A stretch of 64,000 bases of DNA from Eledone cirrhosa. Lineage: Eukaryota. A program made the position numbers and the translations under genes. Of the stretch, positions 12,149 through 27,500 are shown piece by piece; within the stretch, counting starts at the first letter, position 1, and the number at the start of each line of letters is the position of its first letter. The stretch is taken from NCBI GenBank assembly GCA_964016885.1, contig OZ024764.1:5828001-5892000 (forward strand), written 5' to 3'. The notes beneath the pieces are model-generated. The model worked only from the letters and a program-made list of their open reading frames with translations, was not told the DNA's origin and ran no database searches.

Positions 12149-13988
12149 CACATGACCCTATCAGTGAAGCCCTTTAGTATAGGTCAACTAGAGACACATG
12201 ACCCTATCAGTGAAGCCCTTTAGTATAGGTCAACTAGAGACACATGACCCTATCAGTGAAGCCCTTTAGTATAGGTCAACTAGAGACACATGACCCTATC
12301 AGTGAAGCCCTTTAGTATAGGTCAACTAGAGACACATGACCCTATCAGTGAAGCCCTTTAGTATAGGTCAACTAGAGACACATGACCCTATCAGTGAAGC
12401 CCTTTAGTATAGGTCAACTAGAGACACATGACCCTATCAGTGAAGCCCTTTAGTATAGGTCAACTAGAGACACATGACCCTATCAGTGAAGCCCTTTAGT
12501 ATAGGTCAACTAGAGACACATGACCCTATCAGTGAAGCCCTTTAGTATAGGTCAACTAGAGACACATGACCCTATCAGTGAAGCCCTTTAGTATAGGTCA
12601 ACTAGAGACACATGACCCTATCAGTGAAGCCCTTTAGTATAGGTCAACTAGAGACACATGACCCTATCAGTGAAGCCCTTTAGTATAGGTCAACTAGAGA
12701 CACATGACCCTATCAGTGAAGCCCTTTAGTATAGGTCAACTAGAGACACATGACCCTATCAGTGAAGCCATTTAGTATAGGTCAACTAGAGACACATGAC
12801 CCTATCAGTGAAGCCCTTTAGTATAGGTCAACTAGAGACACACGACCCTATCAGTGAAGCCCTTTAGTATAGGTCAACTAGAGACACATGACCCTATCAG
12901 TGAAGCCCTTTAGTATAGGTCAACTAGAGACACATGACCCTATCAGTGAAGCCATTTAGTATAGGTCAACTAGAGACACATGACCCTATCAGTGAAGCCC
13001 TTTAGTATAGGTCAACTAGAGACACATGACCCTATCAGTGAAGCCCTTTAGTATAGGTCAACTAGAGACACATGACCCTATCAGTGAAGCCCTTTAGTAT
13101 AGGTCAACTAGAGACATATAACCCTATCAGTGAAGCCCTTTAGTATAGGTCAACTAGAGACACATGACCCTATCAGTGAAGCCCTTTAGTATAGGTCAAC
13201 TAGAGACACATGACCCTATCAGTGAAGCCCTTTAGTATAGGTCAACTAGAGACACATGACCCTATCAGTGAAGCCCTTTAGTATAGGTCAACTAGAGACA
13301 CACGACCCTATCAGTGAAGCCCTTTAGTATAGGTCAACTAGAGACACATGACCCTATCAGTGAAGCCCTTTAGTATAGGTCAACTAGAGACACATGACCC
13401 TATCAGTGAAGCCCTTTAGTATAGGTCAACTAGAGACACATGACCCTATCAGTGAAGCCCTTTAGTATAGGTCAACTAGAGACACATGACCCTATCAGTG
13501 AAGCCCTTTAGTATAGGTCAACTAGAGACACACGACCCTATCAGTGAAGCCCTTTAGTATAGGTCAACTAGAGACACATGACCCTATCAGTGAAGCCCTT
13601 TAGTATAGGTCAACTAGAGACACATGACCCTATCAGTGAAGCCCTTTAGTATAGGTCAACTAGAGACACATGACCCTATCAGTGAAGCCATTTAGTATAG
13701 GTCAACTAGAGACACATGACCCTATCAGTGAAGCCCTTTAGTATAGGTCAACTAGAGACACATGACCCTATCAGTGAAGCCCTTTAGTATAGGTCAACTA
13801 GAGACACATGACCCTATCAGTGAAGCCCTTTAGTATAGGTCAACTGGAGACACATGACCCTATCAGTGAAGCCCTTTAGTATAGGTCAACTAGAGACACA
13901 TGACCCTATCAGTGAAGCCCTTTAGTATAGGTCAACTAGAGACACATGACCCTATCAGTGAAGCCCTTTAGTATAGGTCAACTAGAGA
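12149..13988. repeat. 46-bp minisatellite (acacatgaccctatcagtgaagccctttagtataggtcaactagag)
   Basis: About 40 near-identical units; core shared with 62280-64000. Confidence 0.97.
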
Positions 13989-14087
13989 GACTGGGTTTGA
14001 ATAAAAGACAGGATGATGACAGATGGATAAGGTCAAAACTAGGGTCAAACAAGAGGGGTGAGGTGAGATTAAAAAGATCCAACTTAC

Positions 14088-14227
14088 TGATTCTGATCAA
14101 ATCTAAACTGAAAGAGGTTGTTGGTGATCTTAGCTCCACTCTGTCCTGAGAAAACAAACATGGAGTCTCGGGCTACTGCTAGGGCAAAGTTGCAGCATGT
14201 CGGTGGAATGTTCCCAGTCTGGTTAAC
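14088..14227 (-). CDS. LZTR1: LZTR1 coding exon 7 ([46 protein letters not shown])
   Basis: caacag acceptor, gtaagt donor, 140 nt, phase 0/2; contains the conserved [19 protein letters not shown]. Confidence 0.97.
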
Positions 14228-14519
14228 CTGTTGACATAATTTTACATGGTTATATAACATACATGTCTCTCTCTCTCTCTATATATATATATAGACACAC
14301 ACACATATATAAATATACATACATACACATGTCGCCACCCCTTTCTCTCTCTCTCTCATATATATATACTCTTTTACCTGTTCCATGGCTGAGGCCATGC
14401 TGGGGCACCGCCCTATATGTTGATTTATAAAGAGCCCAGAATATATATTCCTTGAGCTCCTTGAATTATAGGAAGTTTCTTGGTCGCTTTAATGAAGAGA
14501 ACCCCACCTAACATGAAAG

Positions 14520-14630
14520 ACAATGTGAAATGCAGCATCGCGCTCAAAACCATAACATGCCACCCAGTCACTGAATCAAAGCCACAACCTTACAATTTCA
14601 AGTCCAACACCCTAACCACTAGACCACATA
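14520..14630 (-). mobile_element. Degenerate tRNA-SINE head that seeds the adjacent array
   Basis: Aligns by eye with SINE heads at 34705-34817 and 50140-50258. Confidence 0.7.
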
Positions 14631-17600
14631 CCATCCAGTCCAACACCCTTACCACTAGACCACATACCATCCAGTCCAACACCCTAACCACTAGACCACA
14701 TACCATCCAGTCCAACACCCTTACCACTAGACCACATACCATCCAGTCCAACACCCTAACCACTAGACCACATACCATCCAGTCCAACACCCTTACCACT
14801 AGACCACATACCATCCAGTCCAACACCCTAACCACTAGACAACATACCATCCAGTCCAACACCCTAACCACTAAACCACATACCAACCAGTCCAACACCC
14901 TTACCACTAGACCACATACCATCCACTCCAACACCCTAACCACTAGACCACATACCATCCAGGCAACACCCTTACCACTAGACCACATACCATCCAGTCC
15001 AACACTCTAACCACTAGACCACATACCATCCGGTCCAACACCCTAACCACTAGACCACATACCATCCAGTCCAACACCCTTACCACTAGACCACATACCA
15101 TCCAGTCCAACACCCTAACCACTAGACCACATACCATCCAGTCCAACACCCTAACCACTAGACCACACACCAACCAGTCCAACACCCTTACCACTAGACC
15201 ACACACCATCCAGTCCAACACCCTTACCACTAGACCACATACCATCCAGTCCAACACCCTAACCACTAGACCACATACCATCCAGTCCAACACCCTTACC
15301 ACTAGACCACATACCATCCAGTCCAACACCCTAACCACTAGACCACATACCATCCAGTCCAACACCCTTACCACTAGACCACACACCATCCAGTCCAACA
15401 CCCTAACCACTAGACCACATACCATCCAGTCCAACACCCTTACCACTAGACCACACACCAACCAGTCCAACACCCTTACCACTAGACCACACACCATCCA
15501 GTGAAACACCCTTACCACTAGACCACACACCAACCAGTCCAACACCCTAACCACACACCATACAGTCCAACACCCTAACCACAAACCATGCAGTCCAACA
15601 CCCTAACCACACACCATGCAGTCCAACACCCTAACCACAAACCATGCAGTCCAACACCCTAACCACACACCATGCAGTCCAACACCCTAACCACAAACCA
15701 TGCAGTCCAACACCCTAACCACACACCATGCAGTCCAACACCCTAACCACACACCATGCAGTCCAACACCCTAACCACAAACCATGCAGTCCAACACCCT
15801 AACCACACACCATGCAGTCCAACACCCTAACCACAAACCATGCAGTCCAACACCCTAACCACACACCATGCAGTCCAACACCCTAACCACACACCATGCA
15901 GTCCAACACCCTAACCACACACCATGCAGTCCAACACCCTAACCACACACCATGCAGTCCAACACCCTAACCACACACCATGCAGTCCAACACCCTAACC
16001 ACACACCACCCAGTCCAACACCCTAACCACACACCATGCAGCCCAACACCCTAACCACACACCATGCAGCCCAACACCCTAACCACACACCATGCAGTCC
16101 AACACCCTAACCACTCAAAATCCAGTCCAACACCCTAACCACTCAACATCCAGTCCAACACCCTAACCACTCAGCATCCAGTCCAACACCCTAACCACAC
16201 ACCATGCAGTCCAACACCCTAACCACACACCATGCAGTCCAACACCCTAACCACACACCATGCAGTCCAACACCCTAACCACTAGACCACACACCATCCA
16301 CTCCAACACCCTAACCACTAGACCACACACCATCCAGTCAAACACCCTAACCACTAGACCACACACCATCCAGTCCAACACCCTAACCACTAGACCACAC
16401 ACCATCCAGTCCAACACCCTAACCACTAGACCACACACCATCCAGTCCAACACCCTAACCACTAGACCACACACCCACCATCCAGTCCAACACCCTTACC
16501 ACTAGACCACACACCCACCAACCAGTCCAACACCCTAACCATTAGACCACACACCATCCAGTCCAACACCCTAACCACTAGACCACACACCATCCAGTCC
16601 AACACCCTAACCACTAGACCACACACCATCCAGTCCAACACCCTAACCACACACCACCCAGTCCAACACCCTAACCACACACCACCCAGTCCAACACCCT
16701 ATCCATTAGACCAAACACCATGCAGTCCAACACCCTAACCACACACCATGCAGTCCAACACCCTAACCACACACCATGCAGTCCAACACCCTAACCACAC
16801 ACCATCCAGTCCGACACCCTAACCACACACCATCCAGTCCAACACCCTAACCACTCAACATCCAGTCCAACACCCTAACCACACACCATGCAGTCCAACA
16901 CCCTAACCACTCAACATCCAGTTCAACACCCTAACCACACACCATGCAGTCCAACACCCTAACCACAAACCATGCAGTCCAACACCCTAACCACACACCA
17001 TGCAGTCCAACACCCTAACCACACACCATCCAGTCCAACACCCTAACCACACACCATGCAGTCCAACACCCTAACCACTCAACATCCAGTCCAACCCCCT
17101 AACCACACACCATCCAGTCCAACACCCTAACCACACACCATGCAGTCCAACACCCTAACCACTCAACATCCAGTCCAACACCCTAACCACTCAACATCCA
17201 GTCCAACACCCTAACCACACACCATGCAGTCCAACACCCTAACCACTCAACATCCAGTCCAACACCCTAACCACACAATATCCAGTCCAACACCCTAACC
17301 ACACACCATGCAGTCCAACACCCTAACCACACACCATCCAGTCCAACACCCTAACCACTCAACATCCAGTCCAACACCCTAACCACTCAACATCCAGTCC
17401 AACACCCTAACAACACACCACCTAGTCCAACACCCTAACCACAAACCATGCAGTCCAACACCCTAACCACACACCATGCAGTCCAACACCCTAACCACAA
17501 ACCATGCAGTCCAACACCCTAACCACACACCATGCAGTCCAACACCCTAACCACAAACCATGCAGTCCAACACCCTAACCACACACCATGCAGTCCAACA

Positions 17601-20600
17601 CCCTAACCACAAACCATGCAGTCCAACACCCTAACCACAAACCATGCAGTCCAACACCCTAACCACACACCATGCAGTCCAACACCCTAACCACACACCA
17701 CCCAGTCCAACACCCTAACCACACACCATACAGTCCAACACCCTAACCACAAACCATGCAGTCCAACACCCTAACCACACACCATGCAGTCCAACACCCT
17801 AACCACAAACCATGCAGTCCAACACCCTAACCACACACCATGCAGTCCAACACCCTAACCACAAACCATGCAGTCCAACACCCTAACCACACACCATGCA
17901 GTCCAACACCCTAACCACACACCATGCAGTCCAACACCCTAACCACACACCATGCAGTCCAACACCCTAACCACACACCATGCAGTCCAACACCCTAACC
18001 ACACACCATGCAGTCCAACACCCTAACCACACACCATGCAGTCCAACACCCTAACCACACACCATGCAGTCCAACACCCTAACCACACACCACCCAGTCC
18101 AACACCCTAACCACACACCATGCAGTCCAACACCCTAACCACACACCATGCAGTCCAACACCCTAACCACACACCATGCAGTCCAACACCCTAACCACTC
18201 AACAACCAGTCCAACACCCTAACCACACACCATGCAGTCCAACACCCTAACCACTCAGCATCCAGTCCAACACCCTAACCACTCAACATCCAGTCCAACA
18301 CCCTAACCACTTAACATCCAGTCCAACACCCTAACCACACACCATGCAGTCCAACACCCTAACCACACACCATGCAGTCCAACACCCTAACCACACACCA
18401 TGCAGTCCAACACCCTAACCACAAACCATGCAGTCCAACACCCTAACCACACACCATGCAGTCCAACACCCTTACCACTAGACCACACACCAACCAGTCC
18501 AACACCCTAACCACTAAACCACACACCAACCAGTCCAACACCCTAACCACTAGACCACACACCAACCAGTCCAACACCCTAACCACTAAACCACACACCA
18601 ACCAGTCCAACACCCTAACCACTAGACCACACACCATCCAGTCCAACACCCTTACCACTAGACCACACACCATCCAGTCCAACACCCTAACCACACACCA
18701 TGCAGTCCAACACCCTAACCACACACCATGCAGTCCAACACCCTAACCACTAGACCACACACCATCCACTCCAACACCCTAACCACTAGACCACACACCA
18801 TCCAGTCAAACACCCTAACCACTAGACCACACACCATCCAGTCCAACACCCTAACCACTAGACCACACACCATCCAGTCCAACACCCTAACCACTAGACC
18901 ACACACCATCCAGTCCAACACCCTAACCACTAGACCACACACCCACCATCCAGTCCAACACCCTAACCACACACCATCCAGTCCAACACCCTAACCACAC
19001 ACCATCCAGTCCAACACCCTAACCACACACCATGCAGTCCAACACCCTAACCACAAACCATGCAGTCCAACACCCTAACCAAACACCATGCAGTCCAACA
19101 CCCTAACCACAAACCATGCAGTCCAACACCCTAACCACACACCATGCAGTCCAACACCCTAACCACAAACCATGCAGTCCAACACCCTAACCAAACACCA
19201 TGCAGTCCAACACCCTAACCACACACCATCCAATCCAACACCCTAACCACTCAACATCCAGTCCAACACCCTAACCACACACCACCCAGTCCAACACCCT
19301 AACCACACACCATGCAGTCCAACACCCTAACCACACACCATGCAGTCCAACACCCTAACCACACACCATGCAGTCCAACACCCTAACCACACACCACCCA
19401 GTCCAACACCCTAACCACACACCATGCAGTCCAACACCCTAACCACACACCATCCAATCCAACACCCTAACCACTCAACATCCAGTCCAACACCCTAACC
19501 ACACACCACCCAGTCCAACACCCTAACCACACACCATGCAGTCCAACACCCTAACCACACACCATGCAGTCCAACACCCTAACCACACACCACCCAGTCA
19601 AACATCCTAACCACACACCATGCAGTCCAACACTCTAACCACTCAACAACCAGTCCAACACCCTAACCACACACCATGCAGTCCAACACCCTAACCACTC
19701 AGCATCCAGTCCAACACCCTAACCACTCAACATCCAGTCCAACACCCTAACCACTTAACATCCAGTCCAACACCCTAACCACACACCATGCAGTCCAACA
19801 CCCTAACCACACACCATGCAGTCCAACACCCTAACCACACACCACCCAGTCCAACACCCTAACCACACACCATGCAGTCCAACACCCTAACCACACACCA
19901 TGCAGTCCAACACTCTAACCACTCAACAACCAGTCCAACACCCTAACCACACACCATGCAGTCCAACACCCTAACCACACACCACCCAGTCCAACACCCT
20001 AACCACACACCATGCAGTCCAACACCCTAACCACACACCATCCAATCCAACACCCTAACCACTCAACATCCAGTCCAACACCCTAACCACACACCACCCA
20101 GTCCAACACCCTAACCACACACCATGCAGTCCAACACCCTAACCACACACCATGCAGTCCAACACCCTAACCACACACCACCCAGTCCAACACCCTAACC
20201 ACACACCATGCAGTCCAACACTCTAACCACTCAACAACCAGTCCAACACCCTAACCACACACCATGCAGTCCAACACCCTAACCACTCAGCATCCAGTCC
20301 AACACCCTAACCACTCAACATCCAGTCCAACACCCTAACCACTTAACATCCAGTCCAACACCCTAACCACACACCATGCAGCCCAACACCCTAACCACAC
20401 ACCATGCAGTCCAACACCCTAACCACTCAACATCCAGTCCAACACCCTAACCACTCAACATCCAGTCCAACACCCTAACCACTCAGCATCCAGTCCAACA
20501 CCCTAACCACACACCATGCAGTCCAACACCCTAACCACACACCATGCAGTCCAACACCCTAACCACACACCATGCAGTCCAACACCCTAACCACACACCA

Positions 20601-23600
20601 TCCAGTCCAACACCCTAACCACACACCATGCAGTCCAACACCCTAACCACACACCATGCAGTCCAACACCCTAACCACACACCACCCAGTCCAACACCCT
20701 AACCACTCAACATCCAGTCCAACACCCTAACCACTCAACATCCAGTCCAACACCCTAACCACAAACCATGCAGTCCAACACCCTAACCACACACCACCCA
20801 GTCCAACACCCTAACCACTCAACATCCAGTCCAACACCCTAACCACACACCATCCAGTCCAACACCCTAACCACACACCATGCAGTCCAACACCCTAACC
20901 ACTCAACATCCAGTCCAACACCCTAACCACTCAACATCCAGTCCAACACCCTAACCACTCAACATCCAGTCCAACACCCTAACCACACACCATGCAGTCC
21001 AACACCCTAACCACTCAACATCCAGTCCAACACCCTAACCACTCAACATCCAGTCCAACACCCTAACCACACACCATCCAGTCCAACACCCTAACCACAC
21101 ACCATGCAGTCCAACACCCTAACCACTCAACATCCAGTCCAACACCCTAACCACTCAACATCCAGTCCAACACCCTAACAACACACCACCCAGTCCAACA
21201 CCCTAACCACAAACCATGCAGTCCAACACCCTAACCACACACCATGCAGTCCAACACCCTAACCACAAACCATGCAGTCCAACACCCTAACCACACACCA
21301 TGCAGTCCAACACCCTAACCACAAACCATGCAGTCCAACACCCTAACCACACACCATGCAGTCCAACACCCTAACCACAAACCATGCAGTCCAACACCCT
21401 AACCACAAACCATGCAGTCCAACACCCTAACCACACACCATGCAGTCCAACACCCTAACCACACACCACCCAGTCCAACACCCTAACCACACACCATGCA
21501 GTCCAACACCCTAACCACAAACCATGCAGTCCAACACCCTAACCACACACCATGCAGTCCAACACCCTAACCACAAACCATGCAGTCCAACACCCTAACC
21601 ACACACCATGCAGTCCAACACCCTAACCACAAACCATGCAGTCCAACACCCTAACCACACACCATGCAGTCCAACACCCTAACCACAAACCATGCAGTCC
21701 AACACCCTAACCACAAACCATGCAGTCCAACACCCTAACCACAAACCATGCAGTCCAACACCCTAACCACACACCATGCAGTCCAACACCCTAACCACAC
21801 ACCATGCAGTCCAACACCCTAACCACACACCATGCAGTCCAACACCCTAACCACAAACCATGCAGTCCAACACCCTAACCACACACCATGCAGTCCAACA
21901 CCCTAACCACACACCACCCAGTCAAACACCCTAACCACACACCATCCAGTCCAACACCCTAACCACACACCATCCAGTCCAACACCCTAACCACACACCA
22001 TGCAGTCCAACACCCTAACCACACACCATGCAGTCCAACACCCTAACCACAAACCATGCAGTCCAACACCCTAACCACAAACCATGTAGTCCAACACCCT
22101 AACCACAAACCATGCAGTCCAACACCCTAACCACAAACCATGCAGTCCAACACCCTAACCACAAACCATGCAGTCCAACACCCTAACCACAAACCATGTA
22201 GTCCAACACCCTAACCACACACCATGCAGTCCAACACCCTAACCACACACCATCCAATCCAACACCCTAACCACTCAACATCCAGTCCAACACCCTAACC
22301 ACACACCATGCAGTCCAACACCCTAACCACACACCATGCAGTCCAACACCCTAACCACTCAACATCCAGTCCAACACCCTAACCACACACCATGCAGTCC
22401 AACACCCTAACCACACACCATGCAGTCCAACACCCTAACCACACACCATGCAGTCCAACACCCTAACCACTCAGCATCCAGTCCAACACCCTAACCACAC
22501 ACCATGCAGTCCAACACCCTAACCACTCAGCATCCAGTCCAACACCCTAACCACTCAACATCCAGTCCAACACCCTAAACACACACCATGCAGTCCAACA
22601 CCCTAACCACACACCATGCAGTCCAACACCCTAACCACTCAACATCCAGTCCAACACCCTAAACACAAACCATGCAGTCCAACACCCTAACCACACACCA
22701 TGCAGTCCAACACCCTAACCACACAGCATGCAGCCCAACACTCTAACCACTCAACAACCAGTCCAACACCCTAACCACACACCATGCAGTCCAACACCCT
22801 AACCACTCAGCATCCAGTCCAACACCCTAACCACTCAACATCCAGTCCAACACCCTAACCACTTAACATCCAGTCCAACACCCTAACCACACACCATGCA
22901 GTCCAACACCCTAACCACACACCATGCAGTCCAACACCCTAACCACACACCACCCAGTCCAACACCCTAACCACACACCATGCAGTCCAACACCCTAACC
23001 ACACACCATGCAGTCCAACACTCTAACCACTCAACAACCAGTCCAACACCCTAACCACACACCATGCAGTCCAACACCCTAACCACACACCACCCAGTCC
23101 AACACCCTAACCACACACCATGCAGTCCAACACCCTAACCACACACCATCCAATCCAACACCCTAACCACTCAACATCCAGTCCAACACCCTAACCACAC
23201 ACCACCCAGTCCAACACCCTAACCACACACCATGCAGTCCAACACCCTAACCACACACCATGCAGTCCAACACCCTAACCACTCAACATCCAGTCCAACA
23301 CCCTAACCACACACCATGCAGTCCAACACCCTAACCACTCAACATCCAGTCCAACACCCTAACCACACACCATGCAGTCCAACACCCTAACCACACACCA
23401 TGCAGTCCAACACCCTAACCACTCAACATCCAGTCCAACACCCTAACCACACACCATGCAGTCCAACACCCTAACCACACACCATGCAGTCCAACACCCT
23501 AACCACTCAACATCCAGTCCAACACCCTAACCACACACCATGCAGTCCAACACCCTAACCACTCAACATCCAGTCCAACACCCTAACCACACACCATGCA

Positions 23601-24368
23601 GTCCAACACCCTAACCACACACCATGCAGTCCAACACCCTAACCACTCAACATCCAGTCCAACACCCTAACCACACACCATGCAGTCCAACACCCTAACC
23701 ACTCAACATCCAGTCCAACACCCTAACCACACACCATGCAGTCCAACACCCTAACCACACACCATGCAGTCCAACACCCTAACCACTCAACATCCAGTCC
23801 AACACCCTAACCACACACCATGCAGTCCAACACCCTAACCACACACCATGCAGTCCAACACCCTAACCACTCAACATCCAGTCCAACACCCTAACCACAC
23901 ACCATGCAGTCCAACACCCTAACCACTCAACATCCAGTCCAACACCCTAACCACACACCATGCAGTCCAACACCCTAACCACACACCATGCAGTCCAACA
24001 CCCTAACCACTCAACATCCAGTCCAACACCCTAACCACACACCATGCAGTCCAACACCCTAACCACACACCATGCAGTCCAACACCCTAACCACTCAACA
24101 TCCAGTCCAACACCCTAACCACACACCATGCAGTCCAACACCCTAACCACTCAACATCCAGTCCAACACCCTAACCACACACCATGCAGTCCAACACCCT
24201 AACCACACACCATGCAGTCCAACACCCTAACCACTCAACATCCAGTCCAACACCCTAACCACACACCATGCAGTCCAACACCCTAACCACTCAACATCCA
24301 GTCCAACACCCTAACCACTCAACATCCAGTCCAACACCCTAACCACTCAACATCCAGTCCAACACCCT
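14601..24368. repeat. ~9.8-kb 33/28-bp satellite (cagtccaacaccctaaccac[tagacc]acaccat) with usually one CCCTAA per unit
   Basis: 33-bp units to about 15545, with islands near 16270-16630 and 18460-18960; 28-bp variant units elsewhere. Confidence 0.97.
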
Positions 24369-24385
24369 AGAGAAATCATCTTTAC

Positions 24386-24524
24386 CTGTAACCACTGTTT
24401 ACAATCCCCTTCCAGTGAGATAGTCCACATATCATTTAACCTGGCATTACCATCATATCCAGCAAAGATCCACAGTTTCTGGTCGTATACAGCAGCCCCG
24501 TGAGCAGCACGCGCCACAGGCATC
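24386..24524 (-). CDS. LZTR1: LZTR1 coding exon 6 ([46 protein letters not shown])
   Basis: ttgcag acceptor, gtaaag donor, 139 nt, phase 2/0; contains [18 protein letters not shown]. Confidence 0.97.
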
Positions 24525-24575
24525 CTGCAATAGAAAATATCACCGATTACTTGTGTGTCACCCTTATCCTAAACA

Positions 24576-27500
24576 CCTCATGTGTCTCAAGACATGGGAT
24601 GTATTGATAGATGTAACTGACCGTGGTCATTGGGACACTTTGGCTGCCTCATGTGTCTCAAGACATGGGATGTATTGATAGATGTAACTGACCGTGGTGG
24701 TCATTGGAACACTTTGGCTGCCTCTTGTGTCTCAAGACATGGGATGTATTGATAGATGTAACTGACCGTGGTCATTGGAACACTTTGGCTGCCTCATGTG
24801 TCTCAAGACATGGGATGTATTGATAGATGTAACTGACCATGGTCATTGGAACACTTTGGCTGCCTCATGTGTCTCAAGGCATAGGATGTATTGATAGATG
24901 TAACTGACCGTGGTCATTGGAACACTTTGGCTGCCTCATGTGTCTCAAGGCATAGGATGTATTGATAGATGTAACTGACCGTGGTCATTGGAGCACTTTG
25001 GCTGTCTCGTGTGTCTGAAGTCATGGGATGTATTGATAGATGTAACTGACCGTGGTCATTGGAACACTTTGGCTGTCTCGTGTGTCTCAAGACATGGGAT
25101 GTATTGATAGATGTAACTGACCGTGGTCATTGGAACACTTTGGCTGCCTCATGTGTCTGAAGTCATGGGATGTATTGATAGATGTAACTGACCGTGGTCA
25201 TTGGAACACTTTGGCTGCCTCATGTGTCTGAAGTCATGGGATGTATTGATAGATGTAACTGACCATGGTCATTGGAACACTTTGGTTGCCTCATGTGTCT
25301 CAAGACATGGGATGTATTGATAGATGTAACTGACCGTGGTCATTGGAGCACTTTGGCTGCCTCATGTGTCTCAAGACATGGGATGTATTGATAGATGTAA
25401 CTGACCGTGGTCATTGGAACACTTTGGCTGCCTCATGTGTCTCAAGACATGGGATGTATTGATAGATGTAACTGACCGTGGTCATTGGAGCACTTTGGCT
25501 GCCTCATGTGTCTCAAGACATGGGATGTATTGATAGATGTAACTGACCGTGGTCATTGGAACACTTAGGCTGCCTCATGTGTCTCAAGACATGGGTTATA
25601 TTGATAGATGTAACTGACCGTGGTGGTCATTGGGACACTTTGGTTGCCTCATGTGTCTTAAGACATGGGATGTATTGATAGATGTAACTGACTGTGGTCA
25701 TTGGGACACTTTGGCTGCCTCATGTGTCTCAAGACATGGGATGTATTGATAGATGTAACTGACCATGGTCATTGGAACACTTTGGCTGCCTCATGTGTCT
25801 TAAGACATGGGATGTATTGATAGATGTAACTGACCGTGGTGGTCATTGTAGCACTTTGGCTGCCTCATGTGTCTCAAGACATGGGATGTATTGATAGATG
25901 TAACTGACTGTGGTCATTGGAGCACTTTGGCTGTCTCATGGGTCTCAAGACATGGGATGTATTGATAAATGTAACTGACCGTGGTGGTCATTGGAACACT
26001 TTGGCTGCCTCATGTGTCTCAAGACATGGGATGTATTGATAGATGTAACTGACCGTGGTCATTGGAACACTTTGGCTGCCTCATGTGACTCAAGATATGG
26101 GATGTATTGATAGATGGAACTGACCGTGGTCATTGGAACACTTTGGCTGCCTCGTGTGTCTCAAGACATGGGATGTATTGATAGATGTAACTGACCGTGG
26201 TCATTGGAACACTTTGGCTACCTCGTGTGTCTCAAGACATGGGATGTATTGATAGATGTAACTGACCGTGGTCATTGGAACACTTTGGCTGCCTCATGTG
26301 TCTCAAGACATGGGATGTATTGATAGATGTAACTGACCGTGGTCATTGGAACACTTTGGCTGCCTCATGTGTCTCAAGACATGGGATGTATTGATAGATG
26401 TAACTGACCGTGGTCATTGGAACACTTTGGCTACGTCGTGTGTCTCAAGACATGGGATGTATTGATAGATGTAACTGACCGTGGTCATTGGAGCACTTTG
26501 GCTGCCTCATGTGTCTCAAGACGTAGGATATATTGATAGATGTAACTGACCGTGGTCATTAGAACACTTTGGCTGCCTCATGTGTCTCAAGACATGGGAT
26601 GTATTGATAGATGTAACTGACTGTGGTCATTGGAGCACTTTGGCTGTCTCGTGTGTCTTAAGACATGGGATGTATTGATAGATGTAACTGACCGTGGTCA
26701 TTGGAACACTTTGGCTGCGTCGTGTGTCTCAAGACATGGGATGTATTGATAGATGTAACTGACCGTGGTCATTGGAACACTTTGGCTGCCTCATGTGTCT
26801 CAAGACATGGGATGTATTGATAGATGTAACTGACCGTGGTCATTGGAACACTTTGGCTGCGTCGTGTGTCTCAAGACATGGGATGTATTGATAGATGTAA
26901 CTGACCGTGGTCATTGGAACACTTTGGCTGCCTCATGTGTCTCAAGACATGGGATGTATTGATAGATGTAACTGACCGTGGTCATTGGAACACTTTGGCT
27001 GCCTCATGTGTCTCAAGACATGGGATGTATTGATAGATGTAACTGACTGTGGTCATTGGAGCACTTTGGCTGTCTCGTGTGTCTTAAGACATGGGATGTA
27101 TTGATAGATGTAACTGACTGTGGTCATTGGAGCACTTTGGCTGTCTCGTGTGTCTTAAGACATGGGATGTATTGATAGATGTAACTGACCGTGGTCATTG
27201 GAACACTTTGGTTGCCTCATGTGTCTGAAGTCATGGGATGTATTGATAGATGTAACTGACCATGGTCATTGGAACACTTTGGTTGCCTCATGTGTCTCAA
27301 GACATGGGATGTATTGATAGATGTAACTGACCGTGGTCATTGGAGCACTTTGGCTGCCTCATGTGTCTCAAGACATGGGATGTATTGATAGATGTAACTG
27401 ACCGTGGTCATTGGAACACTTTGGCTGCCTCATGTGTCTCAAGACATGGGATGTATTGATAGATGTAACTGACCGTGGTCATTGGAGCACTTTGGCTGCC

